Shown here one piece after another: positions 57,401-64,000 of a stretch of DNA of 64,000 nucleotides. Source of the DNA: Bacilli bacterium (lineage in GTDB: Bacteria > Bacillota_I > Bacilli_A > RFN20 > CAG-826); assembly GCA_045597865.1 (NCBI GenBank), contig JAZLKX010000025.1, positions 192,001 through 256,000 on the forward strand, read 5' to 3'. The notes under the pieces are model-generated. The model was not told the origin of the DNA, did not search any database, and worked only from the letters and a program-made list of their open reading frames with translations. The position numbers were made by a program, and so were the translations under genes. The stretch's first letter is position 1; the number at the start of each line of letters is the position of its first letter.

Positions 57401-59987
57401 AGATGTACCGCCAGAAAAAGAGCTAATATCTATCAGTATTTCTGGTCAAACAACTGCCTTTACTCAAGGCGATACATTTAGCTTTGGCGGTACAGTAACT
57501 GCTCACTATGATGATGGTACAACAGCAGATGTCACATCTATCGCATCATTCAGTGGTTACTCTATGAGTGCTGTTGGAACTCAAACAGTCACTGTTTCTT
57601 ATATGGGACAAACCCAAGAATATGAAATTACAGTTTCTTCCTTAGTTGTCACATTACAAAGTATTTCTGTTTCAGGACAAAAGGTTGCATTTAATGTTGG
57701 CGATACGTTTAGCTTTGGCGGTACAGTTACTGGATTATTCAGTGATAGTACAAGACAAGATGTTACTAGTAGCGCAACATTTAATGGTTACAACATGTCA
57801 CAAGCAGGTAAACAAACTGTTACCGTTACTGTTGGCACTGTAACTACAACATATCAAATTACTGTTAATGCAAGTTCACCAGTTGATGTTGCAGAAGATA
57901 TGACAATTGAGAAAGCATTATTTGGTACAAGCATTAGCTATAACGATTGTGCAGGCACATATAATATTTCCGAAAATGGAAACTACGAGGTTTCAATTAA
58001 TCGTGTCTGTGTACAGAGTACACAACTTCAATTTAGTGCACCAAAGAATACTGCTGGTAAGATTTATAACTTAACATCTTTGCCGCTCGCAACTATTACT
58101 ATTTCACCTGCTAGTGCATGTTCAGACTTAAAGGTTTATTCCGGAAATGAACAAAACCCAACTCAAGACGAAGTTCTTGGTTCAAATGGTGTTTATGTAT
58201 TTGGTGGCGAAGCATATTTCTCAATTACTTCCTTAGCAACTGTTAAGGTTGATTCAATTGTCATTTCAGTAGGTACTCCAGAACCTGTTAATCCAACTGG
58301 TATTACTATTGGAAAATCATCAACAAATATTTCAATTGGTCAAACAGAAAAACTCACTTATAGCTTATTGCCTACAAATTGCAATCAAAATAAAGGTGTT
58401 GCATGGTCAACTGATAACAGCAGCGTTTGTACCGTTGATCAAAATGGTAATATTAAAGGTATTTCAGAAGGAACCGCACACATTACTGTAAAATCAACGT
58501 TTAATAATAATTTTGCAGCCTCATGTACAGTATATGTAAGCAGAGTTTCTGTAACAAGTATTACAGTTGCTCCATCAAGTAAGACTTTAGTCTTAAATGA
58601 CACTGTTCAATTAAGTGCAACAGTTTTACCATCAAATGCTTCAAATAGTGCTGTTACTTGGTCAACAAATAACAATAACGCTACTGTTACAGCATCTGGA
58701 TTAGTTACTGCTAAGGCAGTTGGCACAACAACAATTACTGCAACAGCTAAAGATGGTTCTGGTGTTAGAGGCACATGTGTTATCACAATTGTTGATCATC
58801 AAGTTGTTGAGGAAGATGCCTGGACAATCTTAGTTTACATGTGTGGTGCTGACCTTGAATCAGGATGGGATTCATATGAAGGAAAATATGATCCAGATCA
58901 TGACGTTTATTACGCATCAGAAGACCTTGATGAAATTAAGAAAGTAAAAAATCAACCAAATGATGTTAATGTTGTCTTTGAAGCTGGCGGCGCAAAACGT
59001 TGGAGTTCTACATATAGTTCATTAATTCAAACCGGTAATCTTAATAGATTCCACCTTAGTGGAAGAAACTATGTAATCGATGAACGTATCGATCTTGACA
59101 GCATGGGTGAATCAGAAACATTACAAGACTTCATTGAGTGGGGTATGGAAGAATATCCTGCTGAAAAGACAGCATTAGTCTTCTGGAACCACGGTGGTGG
59201 TATGCGTGGCGTCTGTTATGATGAAAACTTTGAAGATGATTCGCTTAGAAATAGTGAAGTTAAGTCTGCTTTGGAAGGTGCAGGATTAAACTCAAATAAT
59301 AAACTTGAGTGGATTGGTTATGATGCATGTTTGATGGCTGTTCAAGATATCGCTGAATTCAATTCTGGTTATGCTAATTACATGGTCTGTTCTGAAGAAT
59401 CAGAAGCTGGTTATGGATGGGATTATGATACATGGTTAGATGATGTATTTGCAAAACATGATACCGAAACGATTTTAACTGCAATTGTTGATGGATTTAT
59501 TTCTGATACTAACTCCTTATATAGACAATACAATTGGGGTGATTCTGATCAAACATTGTCATGGCTTGACTTAAGTCAAATGTCTGCATATAAGACTGCA
59601 TTTGATGCGTTTGCTACTGCATTAAGTAATAAACTTAATTCAAGTAAGGTTAAAGCAAATACATTCAAGAGCTGGGTGCTTAATAATGTTAAGTATTATG
59701 GTGAAGAGGATGTTGACTACTTCTGTACATTTGATGCTTATGACTTTGTCACACAGATTCGCGGAAGCCAATATGATCCTGGAGGAACATATTGCTATGA
59801 TGTACAACAAGCATTTAATAACTTAGTTGGGCATAACGCAAAAGGTTCGGGTGCCGGAAACTCTTATGGTTTAGCCTTGGTTTATGGTAACTCAAGTGCT
59901 TATAGATTAGGAACTTACTACTATGGCACTGATGAAACGAACTTCAGCAGCTGGAGAAGTTTCAATACAAATTACGGTTTTATTTAG
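54450..59987 (+). CDS. 1845-aa secreted or membrane-tethered clostripain-family (C11) protease with many Ig-like repeats
   Basis: N-terminal hydrophobic signal without a lipobox; about five Big_2 repeats plus two tandem GDTFSFGGTVT repeats; WTILVYMCGADLES, WNHGGG, GYDACLM. Confidence 0.88.
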   Translation: MKNRNKLFTSIAILGSAIFAMVLTAGTGVFEALGLFNSSRATNNGTYAINFTNKKNAYLGEGTQVVLTENGGAVNFSFSNCAKLTGGFATINNGGTISNNEQITSINKVNAVYTASTGASLKFKASLDKIHWGEYVTIASDADFILDSHPYYLQFAADGGSINIESLNISFLCSPNPNAEKEGGDSIFRLKKDFDCDEDISGTYLIVGNARNNTNVCLDGSLSSGFADNNSGYPVTINSDSTITYSEELNDRTFTISKYDVGSDGYYMYDVKAASGVYIGTDSAKSIKTSTTAHYFDNEFWYGSDESRDNGETTFLKFYSGGYYLRYNYDNNTPPTNKFNFYNNFNMQDVYLYQLFGEGGGGDPTPVYESGILHTANKTTFSVNEKLNDFLDSDEGVKISVRMSDGSTTSITKDKYNVKIEDSLGNEVLPTSEFPHAGLYYVTISYKALLPITFTINANDFATSITAFKTTTSYDVGDAINLSDVTAKVNYYIEETDQFITYSNFAANNLTATLKNPSGQTVSTSGTFNVSGRWHLVISLIDNPSISTTVDIDVAVVSVTSITLDKTSATIEIGSQETITPTVLPENASDKGVTWTSSASSVASVSGGVVTALAEGTATITAKAGNYTATCNVTVIPVYVDGISVASLGNMNIGDERDLNVTISPANATNKTVSYSTNPAGIVSITADGKVTAIAAGSTVITVTTEDGSYFATTSVTVSAVNVSSVTLDKTELDLTIDDSAVTLNATVLPANATNKGIIWSSDDNTVATVSGDGSAASVTPVAVGTATITATSASDSTKYAECEVTVSKIKSWTLVTNTSQLINGNKYVFVSYEAGKDSNYYALSSNQFEKNRRGTLVNKNENTITSVSNAEYPIAEFTLGTGSQNGTYSFYDSVSYSESTKTNVGYLFASSSSSNNLNTESTISVNSSWTVSIDSDGEASIIAESSTNRNVMQFNYNNGSPLFACYASASQTSVCLYTNSEGGDVPPEKELISISISGQTTAFTQGDTFSFGGTVTAHYDDGTTADVTSIASFSGYSMSAVGTQTVTVSYMGQTQEYEITVSSLVVTLQSISVSGQKVAFNVGDTFSFGGTVTGLFSDSTRQDVTSSATFNGYNMSQAGKQTVTVTVGTVTTTYQITVNASSPVDVAEDMTIEKALFGTSISYNDCAGTYNISENGNYEVSINRVCVQSTQLQFSAPKNTAGKIYNLTSLPLATITISPASACSDLKVYSGNEQNPTQDEVLGSNGVYVFGGEAYFSITSLATVKVDSIVISVGTPEPVNPTGITIGKSSTNISIGQTEKLTYSLLPTNCNQNKGVAWSTDNSSVCTVDQNGNIKGISEGTAHITVKSTFNNNFAASCTVYVSRVSVTSITVAPSSKTLVLNDTVQLSATVLPSNASNSAVTWSTNNNNATVTASGLVTAKAVGTTTITATAKDGSGVRGTCVITIVDHQVVEEDAWTILVYMCGADLESGWDSYEGKYDPDHDVYYASEDLDEIKKVKNQPNDVNVVFEAGGAKRWSSTYSSLIQTGNLNRFHLSGRNYVIDERIDLDSMGESETLQDFIEWGMEEYPAEKTALVFWNHGGGMRGVCYDENFEDDSLRNSEVKSALEGAGLNSNNKLEWIGYDACLMAVQDIAEFNSGYANYMVCSEESEAGYGWDYDTWLDDVFAKHDTETILTAIVDGFISDTNSLYRQYNWGDSDQTLSWLDLSQMSAYKTAFDAFATALSNKLNSSKVKANTFKSWVLNNVKYYGEEDVDYFCTFDAYDFVTQIRGSQYDPGGTYCYDVQQAFNNLVGHNAKGSGAGNSYGLALVYGNSSAYRLGTYYYGTDETNFSSWRSFNTNYGFI

Positions 59988-60001
59988 TATCTAAATATTA
60001 A

Positions 60002-60046
60002 AGAAAACGCTTTCTAAGAAAAATACTTAAAAAGCGTTTTTCTTTT
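60002..60046 (+). terminator. Intrinsic terminator
   Basis: AAAACGCTTT.TAAG ... CTTA.AAAGCGTTTT followed by TCTTTT. Confidence 0.7.
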
Positions 60047-60073
60047 GCGCTTCTATTATTTATAATAATAACC

Positions 60074-61546
60074 ATGAATTCTGCATTTAATAATGAACGC
60101 TATGTTGAACTTCAAAAAGAAGCTATTCTTAAACGCGCATCCGCGTTTCATAAATTATATATAGAAGTAGGAGGCAAACTCTTTGATGATTATCATGCTT
60201 CAAGAGTCCTTCCAGGCTTTAATCCTAATAACAAAATTAACATTCTTCTTTCTTTGAAAGAAAAGAGTGAAGTTGTAATTGCAATTAACTCAAACGACAT
60301 TAAAAATAGAAAGATTAGAAATGATCTTGGAATTACTTATGACGTCGAAGTTGAAAGACTTATTAAAACTTTTTTAACAATGGGTTTAGACGTTAATTCT
60401 GTCGTATTTTCATTTTATGAGCCAAATGTAGAGGTTGATAAATTCATGCGCAAATTAAAACGTATGAAAATCCAAACCTATAAGCATTATAAGATTGCAG
60501 GTTATCCTCAAGATGCATCTTTAATCGTTTCTGAAAACGGATTAGGTAAAAATGAATACATTAAGACAACAAAAGACATTGTTTTAGTTACTGCACCAGG
60601 ACCAGGTTCTGGAAAGATGGCTACTTGTCTTTCTCAGTTATATCATGATAAGAAAAACGGAATTATTTCAGGCTACGCAAAGTACGAAACATTCCCAGTC
60701 TGGAATCTTCCTTTAAATCACCCAGTAAACATTGCCTATGAGGCTGCAACTATCGATTTAAACGATGTTAACATGATTGATCCATATCATCTTGATGCTT
60801 ATGGAACTTCAAGTGTTAATTATAACCGCGATATTGAGGTTTTTCCTCTATTGAGGAATATCTTCATGAACATCTCTGGTTCTTGTATGTATAAATCACC
60901 TACAGACATGGGCATTAATATGGTTGGTTTTGCTATCGAAAACGATGAAGAAACTAGACGTGCGGCAAACGAAGAAATCATTCGTCGTTATTACCAAACA
61001 AAGAAGGATGTTTTACTCGGAAAACTTGAAGATGAAGCAGTCACAAAATGTGAAATGCTTATGAACCGCCTTGGTTTATCAGCAAGTCAAAGAAGAGTAG
61101 TGGAATTTGCCAATGAAAAGGCTAAAACCAGTGGTCGTCCGGCCATCGCTATTGAATTACACGATGGTAGAGTAATTACAGGCAAAAGAAGCAAGCTTCT
61201 TGCCCAATCTGCTGCGCTTTTACTTAATGCATTAAAAGCTTTAGCAGGAATTAATGATGAGATTCCACTTTTAACTCCAATGGTTATTGAACCAATTATG
61301 AACTTAAAAGTTGAATCTTTAAAGAATAATAACCCAATTATTCACGCTGAAGAGATTTTGATTGCTTTAGCAATTCAAGCTAATACAAATCCGCTTGCAA
61401 ACTTAGCATTAAAGAAGCTTCCTGAACTTGCAGGTTGTGAAGCACATGCTTCATGTATGATTAATACCAATGACTTAAAACTACTTAACAAAATTGGTGT
61501 TAGAGTTACAGAAGAACCAATTTCATTATTGTTTAAAATTAATTAA
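60074..61546 (+). CDS. DUF1846 / UPF0371 family protein
   Basis: LYIEVGGKLFDDYHASRVLPGF, VTAPGPGSGKMATCLSQLYH, YAKYETFPVWNLPL.HPVN.AYEAAT, SPTDMG.NM. Confidence 0.88.
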   Translation: MNSAFNNERYVELQKEAILKRASAFHKLYIEVGGKLFDDYHASRVLPGFNPNNKINILLSLKEKSEVVIAINSNDIKNRKIRNDLGITYDVEVERLIKTFLTMGLDVNSVVFSFYEPNVEVDKFMRKLKRMKIQTYKHYKIAGYPQDASLIVSENGLGKNEYIKTTKDIVLVTAPGPGSGKMATCLSQLYHDKKNGIISGYAKYETFPVWNLPLNHPVNIAYEAATIDLNDVNMIDPYHLDAYGTSSVNYNRDIEVFPLLRNIFMNISGSCMYKSPTDMGINMVGFAIENDEETRRAANEEIIRRYYQTKKDVLLGKLEDEAVTKCEMLMNRLGLSASQRRVVEFANEKAKTSGRPAIAIELHDGRVITGKRSKLLAQSAALLLNALKALAGINDEIPLLTPMVIEPIMNLKVESLKNNNPIIHAEEILIALAIQANTNPLANLALKKLPELAGCEAHASCMINTNDLKLLNKIGVRVTEEPISLLFKIN

Positions 61547-61594
61547 TTATCACTTTTAAGTGATTTATTAACAAAAAAGTAATAAGATAATCAT

Positions 61595-62653
61595 ATGCCA
61601 TTTGGAATGATTATCTTTTTTGTTTTAGCACTCATTGGTGTTGTTTTTTGTTTTAGAAAAAAGAGCGATGAAGAATCTGTATTAGACAAAAAAGCAACAC
61701 AAGCAATCAAAGGTATTCTTTGCATTTTTATTATGCTTCATAACGTTGGATTAGATTGCACTGCAAATAATGAAGCTGCAGAGCTAATTTGTGATCATGC
61801 TGGTGGTGTTTGCGTAGCAATCTTTTTCTTTTTAAGCGGTTATGGTGTACTTCAAGCTTATAAGAAGAACGGAGTTAAAAGCCTAAAAAGATTGCTACTT
61901 AAAAATGCACTAAAACTTTACATTATTGCAGTTGTCATTAACGTAATTGAGTATTTTGCGTTCTTCCAAGGAGCTTTTGAGACAAAAGATTTACTTTTAA
62001 AAATCTTTAATCTCGACATTTTCAATAATTTTGCTCGTATGAATCGACATGGTTGGTTTATCGCGACAATTATTGGAATGTATATTATCTTTGCTCTTGT
62101 TTTCTACATTTCATCATTGTTTAAAAAGAAAAACAGTACTTTAGTTGCAACAACTGTTGTTGCAGCAATTGCAATTGGCTTAAGAGTACTCGCTAAAATT
62201 ATGGATAATGGTGGAATGTACACTAATGGACTTCCATTATTTGGTGTTGGTTTACTTTATTCATACTTCTTTGAATTTGTTAATAAGCTATGCTTAAAGA
62301 AGCCAATTTATATTCCTACAATTTGCGTTTGCCTTATTGGATTTGCTATTTCCTTTATTTTCTTCTGGGGCACAGTAGCAAGTTATGCATTGGCAATTTT
62401 GATTGTTATAGGTGCAAATTATTTCAGAGTAGACAACAATATTACGTTATATTTAGGTAATATTTCTCTTGGAGTTTATCTGTTTACAGATACATCAATG
62501 CATTTAACATCCAATTTTATGGATAATCCATATGTTTACGCTCCGCTTAATATTTTGATTACAGTTACTCTTGGAACGATTTTGTTTGCGTTTGTTCTTT
62601 ATACTGAAAAAATGATTGGTTATCATAGCTCAAAACAACAATCTCAAAATTAA
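61595..62653 (+). CDS. Acyltransferase family 3 membrane protein
   Basis: IKGILCIFIMLH, V.IFFFLSGYG, WF, LGNISLGVYL; about 10 TM helices. Confidence 0.82.
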   Translation: MPFGMIIFFVLALIGVVFCFRKKSDEESVLDKKATQAIKGILCIFIMLHNVGLDCTANNEAAELICDHAGGVCVAIFFFLSGYGVLQAYKKNGVKSLKRLLLKNALKLYIIAVVINVIEYFAFFQGAFETKDLLLKIFNLDIFNNFARMNRHGWFIATIIGMYIIFALVFYISSLFKKKNSTLVATTVVAAIAIGLRVLAKIMDNGGMYTNGLPLFGVGLLYSYFFEFVNKLCLKKPIYIPTICVCLIGFAISFIFFWGTVASYALAILIVIGANYFRVDNNITLYLGNISLGVYLFTDTSMHLTSNFMDNPYVYAPLNILITVTLGTILFAFVLYTEKMIGYHSSKQQSQN

Positions 62654-62679
62654 CATTATTAATTATTAGAATTCTTTGT

Positions 62680-62708
62680 TTTACAAAGTCAAAGAGTAAT
62701 GGTATAGT
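62680..62708 (+). promoter_or_regulatory. SigA promoter of alaS
   Basis: TTTACA-17 bp-TATAGT with an extended TG. Confidence 0.65.
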
Positions 62709-62709
62709 A

Positions 62710-62865
62710 TTAACACTCCAGTTAGGGAAATTTGCCACTTCCTTAGGAGTCGATGATGAATCGACGTAGCTCTGCGTTAAAGAACATTAATAAAGTGCAA
62801 TACAAAGTATTGAATTAGGATGGTACCACGACAAAAGTCGCTCCTAAGAGATACTTTTTTATTTT
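62710..62865 (+). promoter_or_regulatory. T-box riboswitch (Ala)
   Basis: T-box AATTAGGATGGTACCACG (62813-62830); antiterminator TTAGGA/TCCTAA with CGAC/GTCG; UGGU fits the ACCA end of tRNA-Ala; likely GCT specifier at 62769-62771; T-rich terminator before the alaS RBS. Confidence 0.85.
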
Positions 62866-62883
62866 GTTTAAGGAGGCCTAAAT

Positions 62884-64000
62884 ATGAAAAGATTAACAGG
62901 TCAACAAATTAGAGAAACATGGTTAAAGTTCTTTGAGAGCAAAGGACACCATATTGAAAAAGGCGCAAACCTCATTCCGTACAATGATCCTTCTTTACTT
63001 TGGATTAACTCCGGCGTTGCAGCCTTAAAGAAATACATGGATGGAAGCGAAGTTCCTCCTACAAGAAGAATTACAAACGTTCAAAAGTCAATTCGTACAA
63101 ATGATATTGAAAACGTTGGTTTTACTGCAAGACATCAAACTTTGTTTGAAATGCTTGGAAATTTCTCAATCGGAGACTACTTCAAAAAAGAAGTTATCGC
63201 TTGGGCTTTTGAAATTTTAACTAAAGAATTTGAAATGCCAAAAGATAAACTTTATTTCACTTATAACCCAATCGATGAAGAAACTCACCAACTTTGGTTA
63301 AAACAAGGCGTTGAAGAATCTCATCTTATTCCACTTGATGGAAACTATTGGGAAATCGGTGAAGGCCCAGCAGGTCCAAACACCGAAGTCTTCTTCGATA
63401 GAGGCGAAAAATACGATCCAGAACACTTAGGTGAACGTTTACTTCGTGAAGAAATCGAAAACGACAGATACATTGAAATTTGGGGTATTGTTTTCTCTCA
63501 ATTCAACGCTCAACCAGGTACTCCACGTAGTGAATACAAAGAATTGCCATCTAAAAACATTGATACAGGTGCAGGTCTAGAAAGAATTGCATCCGTACTC
63601 CAAGAAACTGATACAAACTTCGAAACTGACCTATTTGAACCAATCATTAAAGCAGTAGAAAAGATTGCTTCAGTTCCATACAAGGCTCCAAATCTAACAC
63701 CATATAGAGTTATTGCAGACCACATTCGTGCGGTTACATTTGCTATTGGTGATGGAGAAATGTTCTCAAATGAAGGACGTGGCTACGTTTTACGTAGACT
63801 TGTTCGTAGAGCTATGAGATTTGCAAAACAAATTGGAATTCATAAACCATTTATGTACACACTTGTTCCAGTTGTCGCAGAAAAATACAAAGAATTCTAT
63901 CCAGAATACATGGATAAGATTGATCATATTTCCAAAATGCTTAAAGCTGAAGAAGAGAAATTTATTGTTGCTTTAGAGAGTGGCGAAGCTTTGCTTCGTG
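62884..64000 (+). CDS. alaS: Alanyl-tRNA synthetase (3' partial; absent from the ORF track because it runs off the window)
   Basis: AAGGAGG RBS; translates [22 protein letters not shown]...[16 protein letters not shown]...[35 protein letters not shown]...[10 protein letters not shown]...ADHIR. Confidence 0.97.
   Translation, partial: MKRLTGQQIRETWLKFFESKGHHIEKGANLIPYNDPSLLWINSGVAALKKYMDGSEVPPTRRITNVQKSIRTNDIENVGFTARHQTLFEMLGNFSIGDYFKKEVIAWAFEILTKEFEMPKDKLYFTYNPIDEETHQLWLKQGVEESHLIPLDGNYWEIGEGPAGPNTEVFFDRGEKYDPEHLGERLLREEIENDRYIEIWGIVFSQFNAQPGTPRSEYKELPSKNIDTGAGLERIASVLQETDTNFETDLFEPIIKAVEKIASVPYKAPNLTPYRVIADHIRAVTFAIGDGEMFSNEGRGYVLRRLVRRAMRFAKQIGIHKPFMYTLVPVVAEKYKEFYPEYMDKIDHISKMLKAEEEKFIVALESGEALLR

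Noticed and set aside
60074-61546. DUF1846 P-loop protein as part of a novel system
   Set aside because: A widespread conserved family with no visible link to its neighbours in this window.

Overview
AT-rich bacterial chromosome segment using genetic code 11, with genes mostly on the + strand. Gene content and order suggest a low-GC Bacilli/Firmicutes genome, possibly an uncultured gut or rumen lineage (inference). The conserved order ribF-rpsO-pnp-rnj-ftsK is split by a ~30 kb accessory block (750-31120). Most of this block is a surface starch-capture locus: a maltodextrin ABC transporter with unusual parts (Ig-like domains on the binding protein, an 852-aa MalK), a GH13 alpha-amylase, a type I pullulanase and several non-catalytic lipoproteins with Ig-like and starch-binding-like modules. 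Ten of its proteins carry a lipobox, and I see no cohesin/dockerin or LPXTG motifs. The block also holds an unexplained, highly structured ~250-nt transcript candidate (about 4673-4925). The rest of the window is housekeeping (rpsO, pnp, a GlpA/GlpB/DUF1667-like trio, a catalytically degenerate RNase J, ftsK, plsC, rsmF, pdp, dtd, mnmA, T-box-alaS), an aromatic amino acid ABC transporter preceded by an unannotated Phe/Tyr-rich leader peptide, and a MarR gene followed by two giant Ig-repeat clostripain-family proteases. No rRNA, tRNA, CRISPR array or IS/integrase was recognised. All domain calls come from reading motifs by eye, not from database searches.
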